The notes beneath the pieces are model-generated. The model searched no databases, was not told where the DNA came from, and was given only the letters and a program-made list of their open reading frames with translations. Below are positions 8,816-18,232 of a stretch of DNA of 64,000 bases, piece by piece. The translations under genes were made by a program, and so were the position numbers. Each line of letters begins with the position of its first letter. Position 1 is the stretch's first letter. Source of the DNA: a virus (Duplodnaviria > Caudoviricetes); the IMG/VR virus record IMGVR_UViG_651324008_000005, positions 2,777 through 66,776 of that record, one strand, 5' to 3'.

Positions 8816-9913
8816 ATGGGCACTCAGACCCAACATCTCGAACTATGGGACACCAGCCGCTTCCTCGGCGTGTTCCGTGACATCAAGCCCGATCCGCTCT
8901 ACTGGACTCAGTGGTTCCCTTACGAATTGCGCTCCAACGACGAATGGATCGACTTCGAAAAGATGCCGGTGCAGGGTCGCAAGCTCGCCCCGTTTGTCAT
9001 GCCGCTCGCTCGCGGCGAGTCGGTCTACGAAGACACCGGAACTGGTTTCCGCTTCAAGCCGGCCTACATCAAACTGGAAGACCAGATCGACCCGCTCATG
9101 CCGCTTCGTCGTCGTGTCGGTATCGATGCAAACATGTCTCAGATGCCCGTTCAGCTTACGCCGATGCAGCGCCTCACACTGATCCGCGCTGCGATCGCCG
9201 AGAGCCATGTTCGTGCCATCAATCGCCGCTGGAACTGGATGGCGGCAACCGCGCTGCGTGACGGCAAAGTCACCATCTCCGGTGAAAATTACCCCACCAC
9301 GCTCGTCGACTTCAAGCGTGCAGCGAACCACACGATCACGCTTGGCGCCGGCAGCCGCTTCGGTGAGAGTGGTGTTTCCATCGTCGATTTTATCCAGTTG
9401 GTGATCGACCGCATGGCCAACGCAGACTTCGGCGGCGTTCCCGTTCGTGTGACGATGGGCGGCGGCGTTTGGGCCATCATGCGCAAGGACGAAGAGTTCA
9501 AAACGCATATGGATATCAACATCAAGGGCGGGAACATCGTCTACGAACGCGGCTTGGTCACTGGTGATCCAGTCTTCAAAGTGGGCGAAATGACCATCGG
9601 CGGCGGTTCCGGCCAGTCAATTGAACTGTGGGTCGACAACTCCACCTTCATTGATCCCAGCACTGGCACCTCCGCACGTTACATCGGCAACCACCAGATG
9701 CTGTTCACGAGCACTGCCGAGGCCGTCAGCGGAACTCGCGCATTTGGCCGGATCATCGACAAGAAGGCCGGCTACGAAGCCCTCCCGATCTTCCCGAAGA
9801 ACTGGGAAACTACGGGTGATGTCGAAGTCGAATACATCACCCACAAGTCGGCTCCGCTGTTCGTTCCGATCAACCCGAACGCCACGCTGCTGGCCAACGT
9901 CATCGCGCCGTAA
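8816..9913 (+). CDS. Major capsid protein (lambda gpE family)
   Basis: 365 aa; KLAPFVMP, FKPAYIK and HKSAPLFVPINPNA; strongly biased codon usage. Confidence 0.95.
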   Translation: MGTQTQHLELWDTSRFLGVFRDIKPDPLYWTQWFPYELRSNDEWIDFEKMPVQGRKLAPFVMPLARGESVYEDTGTGFRFKPAYIKLEDQIDPLMPLRRRVGIDANMSQMPVQLTPMQRLTLIRAAIAESHVRAINRRWNWMAATALRDGKVTISGENYPTTLVDFKRAANHTITLGAGSRFGESGVSIVDFIQLVIDRMANADFGGVPVRVTMGGGVWAIMRKDEEFKTHMDINIKGGNIVYERGLVTGDPVFKVGEMTIGGGSGQSIELWVDNSTFIDPSTGTSARYIGNHQMLFTSTAEAVSGTRAFGRIIDKKAGYEALPIFPKNWETTGDVEVEYITHKSAPLFVPINPNATLLANVIAP

Positions 9914-9945
9914 CCAGCGGGCGGCGTCTGTTCTTTAGAGCATTC

Positions 9946-9972
9946 AGCATCCCCTGCATGGGGATGCTTTTT
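9946..9972 (+). terminator. Rho-independent terminator after the capsid gene
   Basis: AGCATCCCC-tgcat-GGGGATGCT followed by a T run. Confidence 0.8.
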
Positions 9973-9995
9973 CCCATCAACAGGAGACTGAGAAA

Positions 9996-10307
9996 ATGGA
10001 ATACGGTTTTACGCTTCACAGCATCCGTCGCAAGGGCGAAGAGCTTGCCGTCGGCAAAGTCGAGGAATTCACCAATGCCGATTTCAAAGACATGGTTCGT
10101 CTCGGCGCCATCCGCGAACCGACTGCCGACGAGATGAAGCTTTACAAGCTTGCTAACCCTGACCACGCCGTCGATCTCGACAATGATGAGACCGGCGTCG
10201 ACGAACCGAAGTCAGGTAAGGGCAAGGGTAAGGCTCCTGTGAAACCCAAAGCTGATGCCGCTACCGGTGAAGGTGCCAGCGAAGGTGAAGGCGGAGCACT
10301 CGTCTGA
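9996..10307 (+). CDS. Hypothetical head-associated protein (gpFI-like position)
   Basis: GGAG RBS; low-complexity C-terminus; position after the capsid gene. Confidence 0.7.
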   Translation: MEYGFTLHSIRRKGEELAVGKVEEFTNADFKDMVRLGAIREPTADEMKLYKLANPDHAVDLDNDETGVDEPKSGKGKGKAPVKPKADAATGEGASEGEGGALV

Positions 10308-10717
10308 TGAACTGGCGGGAAAGGAAGCGCGAGCATCTGCTTCCAGTCCATGAAACCTTCTCGATTCCCGCGGTGTATCTCACCCATGCCGCGGGAATTC
10401 CCGTGCCCGTCAATATTCGGCTCCATCAGCGTCCCGCGGTTATTGAAGTGCAGGGGGAGGATGGAACCGGACAGATCATCGACATCGCCGATCGCGTTAT
10501 CTTTACGGTCGCGGAAGTGGCTAACGTGGTTACGAGCGCCTTCGTCATTCTGAGCGATACCGAGGCATATGTGACCGGCCCAAGCCGCCCGGAACGTGAG
10601 GGTTTCGTTTGGGTCGAGGTTCGAACTGCCACCAAAGCAGAGTTGGCAAGCTTGCTGTCTCAGGTCGACACCGCAGGCGACGAGTGGAGGGGTATCCCGC
10701 CATGGTCGCAGCAGTAA
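10307..10717 (+). CDS. Head-tail adaptor/stopper-like protein
   Basis: 136 aa, coupled start, synteny with neck genes. Confidence 0.65.
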   Translation: MNWRERKREHLLPVHETFSIPAVYLTHAAGIPVPVNIRLHQRPAVIEVQGEDGTGQIIDIADRVIFTVAEVANVVTSAFVILSDTEAYVTGPSRPEREGFVWVEVRTATKAELASLLSQVDTAGDEWRGIPPWSQQ

Positions 10718-11313
10718 TCGCCATTGAATTCGATCAGCTTTCGTTCGTCGGTGAAATGACGAACTCGACCGAACTGGCATTGGTACGTGCTCTCAACACG
10801 ACAGCGACGCGTGATCGCACCAAGTTTGCTCGTGCTGCCCGAGACCAAGTGGCGTTCCCGGCGTCTTACGTTTCTCCTTCCAGCAAGCGTCTTTGGGTGA
10901 AGACGAAGGCGAAACGTAACGCGCTCGAGACCATTATCGAGGGTAGGGGGTCGGCGACCTCACTGGCCCGTTTCACGAAGCAGAAGCCGTTGGCGGGCGG
11001 TCAACGCCACAAGGGTGGTAAGATCAATGTGACGGTGAAGCCGGGTCAGACCCGGTCTATCCGTCGGGCTTTTCTTATGCGCCTGAAGAACAACAATATA
11101 GGCCTTGCTGTCAGGACAGACGGCTCGTTGCCGCAGGGTGCTTACAAACCAAGATCATTGGGAAAGAACCTCTGGCTTCTTTACGGTCCGTCTGTCGACC
11201 AGGCTCTCCGCGCTGCATCAGATGGCGGCGGTATCTATGAGGAGATGACGCCTGAGTCGTTGGACTTCCTCGAGAATGAATTTTTCAGACAGTTGGAGTT
11301 GTTGAATGGGTGA
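10702..11313 (+). CDS. Minor tail / neck protein (gpZ-like)
   Basis: ALVRALNTTATRDRT and LLYGPSVDQ; start refined to ATG 10702 after GGAGG. Confidence 0.75.
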   Translation: MVAAVIAIEFDQLSFVGEMTNSTELALVRALNTTATRDRTKFARAARDQVAFPASYVSPSSKRLWVKTKAKRNALETIIEGRGSATSLARFTKQKPLAGGQRHKGGKINVTVKPGQTRSIRRAFLMRLKNNNIGLAVRTDGSLPQGAYKPRSLGKNLWLLYGPSVDQALRAASDGGGIYEEMTPESLDFLENEFFRQLELLNG

Positions 11314-11833
11314 TCCTTTTCGCCTGCGGGTTATGAAGCAGTTGAGCCTCCAGGTGAAGGAGGTGAATCCAGCGAACGGTTGCGAGTTTGATCTGTCGGA
11401 TTTCGTTGACAGCGCTGGCCGATCTGCAGAGCGTGTATTCCGTGGTCGAACAGTGTTCGGCGACAACGATCCCCGACCGATGGTCGTGCTGCTCGAAGAC
11501 CCACGTCCTGCCGAGGCCGTCAACGGCACGTCCACGTCTCCTGCCGCCATCAATCAGTTTCGCGTGTTGCTTCAGGGCTTCGTCGAAGATGATCGAGAGC
11601 ATCCGCTTGATCCGGCGTACAAGCTGTCGGCCGAAATTATCAGAGCACTGGTGCGCGCCAAGGCTAATCGCTTCGACATTCTCGGTCTCGGAAATAAGGC
11701 ACCTTGTGTGATGTCGTTGTCGATAGGTCAGCCCGTACATCGACCACCGGACGACGAGGTTTCAAGCGTCGCCTATTTCCTCATACCCGTCACTCTCGGC
11801 CTTGCCGAAAACCTTGAGACGCCTTTCGCGTAG
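11306..11833 (+). CDS. Tail terminator-like protein
   Basis: RVFRGRTVFGDNDPRPMVVLLE; lies before the major tail protein. Confidence 0.7.
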   Translation: MGDPFRLRVMKQLSLQVKEVNPANGCEFDLSDFVDSAGRSAERVFRGRTVFGDNDPRPMVVLLEDPRPAEAVNGTSTSPAAINQFRVLLQGFVEDDREHPLDPAYKLSAEIIRALVRAKANRFDILGLGNKAPCVMSLSIGQPVHRPPDDEVSSVAYFLIPVTLGLAENLETPFA

Positions 11834-11879
11834 CATAAAATCACGTTATAGTCGCAATACTCACAAGGAGAGAAATTCT

Positions 11880-12674
11880 ATGGACCTGCAATCCCGCAAT
11901 CTTACTGTACCGCGCGGAACCGCTCTTTTCGCAAAATACAAGCCCGGAACGCAGGTTCCTGGACCTTTTCGCGAACTCGGTAACACGCCTGAATTCACGC
12001 TGGCTCGCGAAGCTGAAACGCTGCCTCACTATTCGTCGCGGGTCGGCTTCCGTACACTGGATGAAGAAGTCGCGATTGAAGCGACTCTGACCGGTTCCGT
12101 CACGACGGACGATATGAAGGCCGAGAACGCGGCGTACTTCTTTATGAGCGAGGTGAAGACGATCACCGTTACCGCCAGCTCGAACGTTGAAGAAACTTTC
12201 GAAGAAGTCAAAGCAGGTGACCTTTATCAGCTCGGCTTCAACGACACCAACCCGTCCGGTGCCCGAAAAGTCACCACCGTCGTTATTACCGACGGCGCCG
12301 CGACGACTCCGGCCACATTCGTTCTCGACGAGGACTACCTCCTCGATGCCGATCTGGGCACGGTCTACATCCCTGCCGGCAGCGCAGCGATCGGTGGTTC
12401 GATTGAAGTCAGTTATTCAGTGGCTGCCTCCACGCGCGACCAGATCGTTGCCGGGGAAACGCAGGTAGAAGGCGCGCTCAAATTCATCTCGAACAATCCG
12501 ATCGGTCCACAGTTCGACATCACGTTCCCGCGCGTTCGCCTGTCTCCCAATGGTGACCTCGCCCTGATCATGGACCCTGAGTCCAGCGAGTGGCAGCAGT
12601 TGCCGCTTTCGATCAGCGTCATGAAAAAGGGTAACCTCGCGCTCGCGTATCGCGACGGGCGTCCGGTAGCGTAA
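11880..12674 (+). CDS. Major tail tube protein
   Basis: AAGGAG RBS before ATG 11880; FRELGNTPEFTL and ALKFISNNPIGPQ motifs. Confidence 0.85.
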   Translation: MDLQSRNLTVPRGTALFAKYKPGTQVPGPFRELGNTPEFTLAREAETLPHYSSRVGFRTLDEEVAIEATLTGSVTTDDMKAENAAYFFMSEVKTITVTASSNVEETFEEVKAGDLYQLGFNDTNPSGARKVTTVVITDGAATTPATFVLDEDYLLDADLGTVYIPAGSAAIGGSIEVSYSVAASTRDQIVAGETQVEGALKFISNNPIGPQFDITFPRVRLSPNGDLALIMDPESSEWQQLPLSISVMKKGNLALAYRDGRPVA

Positions 12675-12683
12675 GGGATCGAC

Positions 12684-13100
12684 ATGGGTCAGTTGGAGAC
12701 ACTGATACTGCCGAGCGAGACCGTTAAGGTTGGAGAGCAATCCTTCGAGGTTTACGGTCTCGCCCTTGCGCATATCACCCGCATCATTCGTGAACATCGC
12801 AGCGTGTGTGCGGATCTTTATACCAAAGCCATTGCCGGTGAGATGAGCGGAAGCGTCGAGGAAATTGCCTTGAGCATGACCGATGATTTTGCGCCGCTTG
12901 CGGCAATGGTCATCGCTTACGGCTCTGGAAATCCGAACGCAGTCGATATGGCCGCGCGACTACCTCTCAGTGTCCAAGCCGACGCTTTGGAGAAGATCGT
13001 CAATCTCACGATCATCGCGGAGGGCGGCTTGGAAAAACTCATGGAGATCGTCGTTCGGGCGATGGCGGGCGCGGCAAGCCTGACATCCCTGAAACCCTGA
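12684..13100 (+). CDS. Tail assembly chaperone (G)
   Basis: 138 aa between tail tube and tape measure genes. Confidence 0.8.
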   Translation: MGQLETLILPSETVKVGEQSFEVYGLALAHITRIIREHRSVCADLYTKAIAGEMSGSVEEIALSMTDDFAPLAAMVIAYGSGNPNAVDMAARLPLSVQADALEKIVNLTIIAEGGLEKLMEIVVRAMAGAASLTSLKP

Positions 13101-13366
13101 CAGAGTGGGTAGAGGGTGTCCATCGCCAGGTGAGCTTGTTGCTCGACCACGGACACCCATCAGCCTGGTTCTACCCTGTCTGTAAGGTTTTTGTAGAAGC
13201 TCGCTTCGTGGTCGACAGGATCAACGCTCAGATGGCAAGCGAAGCGGCTCTTCTGCAAATGGCGATCTCCACAGTCCCAAATCAGAGCGTGAAGCCCGCC
13301 TCCACCAAGAAAGCTCAAAAAGCTTTCCAGTCGCAATTGAAGGTGCTGAACAATGGCGAGCCGTGA
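13031..13366 (+). CDS. Tail assembly chaperone extension (T; probable -1 frameshift partner)
   Basis: The -1 frame is open from the GGAAAAA heptamer at 13031-13037 through ETLTEWVEGVHRQVSLLLDHGHP to the stop at 13366. Confidence 0.6.
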   Translation, partial: GKTHGDRRSGDGGRGKPDIPETLTEWVEGVHRQVSLLLDHGHPSAWFYPVCKVFVEARFVVDRINAQMASEAALLQMAISTVPNQSVKPASTKKAQKAFQSQLKVLNNGEP

Positions 13367-16300
13367 AAGAGTCGTCGAATTTGCCGTCAAGGCTCGCGAT
13401 GAATATTCGAAAGTCCTCCGCAATCTCGAGCAGCAGCAAAAGCGCCTCTCAGCGTCGGCTGCTGCTCAGAGCCGTCGTGCGGTTGTCGGCGTCGCAAAAG
13501 GTGAGATTGAAGCCGCCGTTGCAAATTACAAGCGGCTGAGCACCGAAGTTGATCGTTATCGGGCCGTGCAGGCTAACGCTGCTCGGACTGGAGCACTTTC
13601 CGCGTCGGAAATGCGCGAACTGGGCGACACCATCAAGCTGGTGCGCGACAGGTCGCGGGAGGCCATGGGAGCGTTGCAGCAGAAGCGTGCGGCCCTTCAG
13701 CAGATCAACGGTGAGGCCCGTGTTGGGTTCACAAGCTTCAGCCGGCTTGCAAGTGAGATGCAGCGCGGCGCTGTAGCGTCGACGAATGAGAGTGTTGCAC
13801 TAGTCAACACCACGGCGGAACTCAACAAACTCACCACGGCGTCGAAAAAGGCTACGACTGCGCAGGGTGCGCTCGGCGATCGCATGGATTCCGTCGGCGG
13901 TTCGGGCGGCGGAAAAAAGAAGGGGTCTTCGGCAGGCGGTGATCCTGAAGATATTCTGGTGTACGGTCTGCGACCGTGGCAGTTGACGAACCTTGGCTAC
14001 CAGGTCAATGACGTTGTCTCTGGTCTTGCCATGGGTCAGGCACCGTTGCAGGTTCTCGCACAGCAAGCTGGTCAGTTCGCGCAGATTTGGCCGAACGTGA
14101 TGGTGAGCGTCGCACGGTCGATTCCGCAGCTTGTTCTGCTGGGAGGCGTGCTGGCACCGTTCATAGCGGTCGCGATGCGGCTGAAAGAGGCGGGTGACTC
14201 TGTAGAGTATTTCCAGAGAAAGCTTGCCCTATCCGCTGACGGCTACCGCAATACCGCGCAGGGGCTTGCTGGCGTCAGCGATGAAATCAAGAAACTCGGT
14301 ATTTCCATTGATGACGCACGGTCGTTGGCCGCTGGATTTGCGGCCGACGGATTGCCAACAGGCCAGTTCGCTCAGTTCGCGAAAATTGCGAAAAGTATCA
14401 GCGACGCTACCGGTGAAGGGGTGGTCGACGCCGGTCAGAGGCTCTCGCAGGCTTTCGGCGGCAATGTCGAGTCGGTCCTCGAACTGAACAAAGAACTCAA
14501 TTTCCTGACTCTCGCACAATACGATCAGGTGCGGGCGATGAAAGCTTCCGGTGACGAAGCCGGCGCCATGGCCTTTGCACTGGACGCTCTTAAGGCGCGC
14601 GCTGCTGCGAGCAAAGTTGAAACGAGCGAGTGGGGAAAAACCCTCGTCGAAGCCAAAGGTGCGTGGAACGACTTCGTTCAGGCGCTTCAGGACACAGGTG
14701 TGATCCAGTTCGTTTCGCGGGAGGTCCAGTACTTCGGGCGCGATATTCGCAATATGACTCGAGATGCTCGAGCAGGTGCAAAAGCGCTCAAGGATGTTTT
14801 TACCACCGATCTAGAGGACCGCATCCGCGATCTTCGCACCAGCATCCAAACTGAGGAATCTCTCCGATCAACAGGCTTCACCTCTGGCGCCGCTGGTATG
14901 TTTGGTGAGGACAATCTTTCAAAGATGAAGTCTGAACTGGCAACTTTGTTGAGCCAGCGTCGAGAACTCGTCGAACATGTAAAAGACGAGTCGTTGTATT
15001 CGGAGAAGGCCTATGAGGCCACGAAGAAGACAGTCGCCGCAACGGAGCAAAAAAAGGTGGCGGCGAGGGATGCCGTATATCAACTGCAGGAGCAGATGAG
15101 CCAGGAAACCCGCTTGGCGCAATTGAACGAGCGGCAGCAATACATCGAGCAGAAAGCACTGGAAGCGAAGAACAGGTTGCTCGCCGAAGGTGTTCGGTTA
15201 CGTCAGGAAGAGATTGACGCCGAGCTGAAAAAAGTTCGCGCGTCTGCTGGTGCTAATTTTGACTCCCGTCGGTTCAGCGCGGCGAACGGCTCTTCGTTTG
15301 CTGACTGGATCGTTGGTGCCGAGAGCGGCGGCGATCCAAATGCAAAGAACCCTCGGTCATCGGCAACAGGTTTGGGACAATTCCTCGATTCGACATGGTT
15401 GAACCTATTCAAGAAGTATTTTCCTGATCGTGCGAAGGGGATGACCGATCCGCTGATACTGGAACTGCGCAAGAACGCGCAGTTGTCCAAGACGATGATC
15501 GACCTGTATGCACAGGAAAATGCCGACATCATACAGAAAGCCGGGCTTTCTGTTGACGCTGCGGCCAAGCGCCTAGCGCATTTCCTTGGACCGGGTGACG
15601 CTGTCAAGGTTCTAAAGGCAGATGCAGCAACCCCGATCAGCGACTTAGTCGGAGCCGATAAGATTGCAGCCAATCCGACGGTATTGGGCGGTGGGAAAAC
15701 TGCCGGGCAGGTCCGACAGTGGGCGCAGCCGAATTTTGATATTCCTGATGCTGCCGTCGCTGCGCAGGCACAGATGGTAGAAGATGGTCAGCAGTATCTG
15801 GTAGATTATCAGAAACGGGTTGAGCAACAGAAGTTCGAACTGGACCTGATGTCCAAGTCTGCCCGCGAAGCTGCCATTCTCAAAGCCGTTCGCGAAAAAG
15901 AGAACGAAGCGCGGGACGCCGGCCTTGAACTGACAAAGGCGCAGCGAGCCGAAACCGAGCGGCTCGCTGCGTTGGAATTTGATCAGAGCAACGTCAATCA
16001 GAAGGTCAATGAGCTTCTCGAAAAGCGCTCCGTTTTGATGGAGCGGATGGATTTGGCACAGCAGAGCGGCGATCAGTCCCTCTACACCGCCGCTTTCAAC
16101 GAACTGGATGCGATCAACGGAAAGCTCAGCGAGGCTATCGCATCTGCCATCGCATTCTGGAAGGCCATGGGCGGCGAGGGCTCGGTCAATGCCATCGCCA
16201 ATCTCCAGAACATTGAAATCGCGATCGCGCAAACGACTCAGCGCATGCGGACTCAATTCCTCCCTACTGCCGAGGACCTAAATAAGGCCATTGCTGACAT

Positions 16301-16868
16301 CGGCGGATCAGCCTTCAGTTCTTTTGCCGAGGCGATCGCAAAGGGAGAGAATGCGGCCGACGCCTTTTTCAGGGCGTTGCAGCAGGGTATCGCTGAATTC
16401 CTCATCGACATCGGCAAGGCCATCGTGAAGCAGGCGCTGTTTAACCTTTTGACCGGTGGAACGAACGCCAGCGGCGGAGCAGGGGGCGGCATCGCCAGTG
16501 CGATCACCAAGTTGTTTAGCGCCAAGCACAGCGGCGGCGTCGTCGGGCAGACCACTCAAACCCGTCGCGTAAACCCCGCAGTATTTGCTGGCGCACAGCG
16601 CTATCACGGCGGCGGTATCGTAACTGACGGATTGCGCCAAGGCGAGGTTCCGATTGTGGCCCTTGAGGGCGAGGAGGTTCTAACCGAGAACGATCCTCGT
16701 CACTCCGCCAACGGCGGTGGCGGGAAAGCCGTCAACCTGAAGGTCGTCAACGCTTTCAGCCCCGAGGACGTGCTGGAAGCCGCCTTGTCCAGCGTCGCTG
16801 GTGAACGGGTTATCACCAATTGGATGACCCGGAACCAGAACAAGGTGAACGGTGCACTGGGTCGTTAG
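13353..16868 (+). CDS. Tape measure protein with internal lytic transglycosylase domain
   Basis: 1171 aa, Ala-rich and helical; LTNLGYQVNDVVSGLAMGQAPLQVLAQQAGQ; SLT motif GAESGGDPNAKNPRSSATGLGQFLDSTW; C-terminal RYHGGG. Confidence 0.93.
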   Translation: MASRERVVEFAVKARDEYSKVLRNLEQQQKRLSASAAAQSRRAVVGVAKGEIEAAVANYKRLSTEVDRYRAVQANAARTGALSASEMRELGDTIKLVRDRSREAMGALQQKRAALQQINGEARVGFTSFSRLASEMQRGAVASTNESVALVNTTAELNKLTTASKKATTAQGALGDRMDSVGGSGGGKKKGSSAGGDPEDILVYGLRPWQLTNLGYQVNDVVSGLAMGQAPLQVLAQQAGQFAQIWPNVMVSVARSIPQLVLLGGVLAPFIAVAMRLKEAGDSVEYFQRKLALSADGYRNTAQGLAGVSDEIKKLGISIDDARSLAAGFAADGLPTGQFAQFAKIAKSISDATGEGVVDAGQRLSQAFGGNVESVLELNKELNFLTLAQYDQVRAMKASGDEAGAMAFALDALKARAAASKVETSEWGKTLVEAKGAWNDFVQALQDTGVIQFVSREVQYFGRDIRNMTRDARAGAKALKDVFTTDLEDRIRDLRTSIQTEESLRSTGFTSGAAGMFGEDNLSKMKSELATLLSQRRELVEHVKDESLYSEKAYEATKKTVAATEQKKVAARDAVYQLQEQMSQETRLAQLNERQQYIEQKALEAKNRLLAEGVRLRQEEIDAELKKVRASAGANFDSRRFSAANGSSFADWIVGAESGGDPNAKNPRSSATGLGQFLDSTWLNLFKKYFPDRAKGMTDPLILELRKNAQLSKTMIDLYAQENADIIQKAGLSVDAAAKRLAHFLGPGDAVKVLKADAATPISDLVGADKIAANPTVLGGGKTAGQVRQWAQPNFDIPDAAVAAQAQMVEDGQQYLVDYQKRVEQQKFELDLMSKSAREAAILKAVREKENEARDAGLELTKAQRAETERLAALEFDQSNVNQKVNELLEKRSVLMERMDLAQQSGDQSLYTAAFNELDAINGKLSEAIASAIAFWKAMGGEGSVNAIANLQNIEIAIAQTTQRMRTQFLPTAEDLNKAIADIGGSAFSSFAEAIAKGENAADAFFRALQQGIAEFLIDIGKAIVKQALFNLLTGGTNASGGAGGGIASAITKLFSAKHSGGVVGQTTQTRRVNPAVFAGAQRYHGGGIVTDGLRQGEVPIVALEGEEVLTENDPRHSANGGGGKAVNLKVVNAFSPEDVLEAALSSVAGERVITNWMTRNQNKVNGALGR

Positions 16869-16929
16869 TTTGGTTGCGCAATTACACCTTTTGTGAGAAA
16901 TTCTCGCCAAACGAGGATCGGTTTAACAC

Positions 16930-18231
16930 ATGGTAGTCTTCCTCCCTTTCGTGCCGAACTGGCGTAACGGAATCCGGGATACCTACGAATTCAAAACGGA
17001 TGTGTTCACAGCCCGCGATGGCAGCGAACAACGACGCGCGCTTCGCATCCAACCACGACGAGCGATTGAAGCAACAATCCTTCTCGATGGCGAAAGAATG
17101 CGAAACTTCGCGGACGCTGTTAATCGTGCGCGGGACGGTAAAATACAGATCGCCGACTTTTCCGCCGAGCCGGCGCTTGTGACAGCAACGACGGGAGCAG
17201 GCGCCAATGTCCTGTCGATCGAGTCGACGCCGCCGTGGCTGGTTAACAGCGGGACTTACGTTCTGATGACGGGACGGACCGCAAGTAAGCTTGCGATCGA
17301 TTTCGTCGACAACAATACGGTCATTCTAGTCAACCCTCTGACTAAGGCAGTGGGTGCCGGCGCGTATCTGCTTCCATATTTGCCCGCACAGCTTGCAAAC
17401 TCGAACACCCTGTCACTCTACACCAACCAGGTTGCGACTGCTCCTGTGAAGTTCGATGTTGAGCCCGGCTCGATCGTCCGTATCGCTGACCAGTTGCCTT
17501 TCGACGAAAGTGCGGAAGGGGACAGTGTTCAGTCTTTCGGACCTGCTGCAATTCTGTTCGGGCGCTATGTGCTTCTGCGCAAGCCGAACTTCTTGAATAG
17601 ACCCCAGGTACAGTTCAACCTCAAATTTGAAACCGTCGACTATGATCGAGGCGTGGTCAAAACCTTCACGCCGGTTCCGCTCGTGTCCAGGACGCTGACG
17701 GCAACGTATCTTGCAATGAGCCGTGCGGAAGCGATGGCGATCCTCGATATCTTCGTGCGTTGCAAGGGCAGGGCGGGCGAGATTTATGTGCCGACGTGGG
17801 GAAGCGATCTCCCGCAGGCACTCAATGTTGCCGACAGGGTGATCCAGTTCGCCGGTACTGATTTCTACGAAACGTATAACGAAGATCGTGCACACGCTGC
17901 GGTGTTGATACGAACTCGCAATGGTCAACTACTACCCCGTGAAATCACGTTGATGGCGACGAGCGGCGGCAACACCTTCGTCGAGTTCCATGAGGATGTC
18001 GGTGTTGCTGCTTCGGAGATCGAGCAGATTTCGTGGATGTTTGTTTCTCGCTTCGCCCAAGACAGCCTCACGATAGAATGGGTGACGAATACCGTCGCCA
18101 ACGTCAGCCTCTCTTTCGTGACACTGGAGAACCTGGCCGCTGAAAGCTCGTATGGTAGCAACTGGGTGCTTGCCACCGGCTACTGGCGCGATCGCGGCCA
18201 ATGGGTAGACACCGCCGTGTGGGAGGACTGA
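16930..18231 (+). CDS. Distal tail / baseplate hub-like protein
   Basis: PNWRNGIRDTYEFKTDVFTARDGSEQRRALR N-terminus, typical after the tape measure gene in this architecture. Confidence 0.75.
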   Translation: MVVFLPFVPNWRNGIRDTYEFKTDVFTARDGSEQRRALRIQPRRAIEATILLDGERMRNFADAVNRARDGKIQIADFSAEPALVTATTGAGANVLSIESTPPWLVNSGTYVLMTGRTASKLAIDFVDNNTVILVNPLTKAVGAGAYLLPYLPAQLANSNTLSLYTNQVATAPVKFDVEPGSIVRIADQLPFDESAEGDSVQSFGPAAILFGRYVLLRKPNFLNRPQVQFNLKFETVDYDRGVVKTFTPVPLVSRTLTATYLAMSRAEAMAILDIFVRCKGRAGEIYVPTWGSDLPQALNVADRVIQFAGTDFYETYNEDRAHAAVLIRTRNGQLLPREITLMATSGGNTFVEFHEDVGVAASEIEQISWMFVSRFAQDSLTIEWVTNTVANVSLSFVTLENLAAESSYGSNWVLATGYWRDRGQWVDTAVWED

Positions 18232-18232
18232 G

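Noticed and set aside
7001-9508. Long antisense ORFs (7001-7840, 8111-8626, 8843-9508 and similar ones elsewhere)
   Set aside because: Shadow ORFs opposite strongly codon-biased structural genes in GC-rich DNA; no motifs or RBS, unlike the sense-overlapping MTase beta frame.
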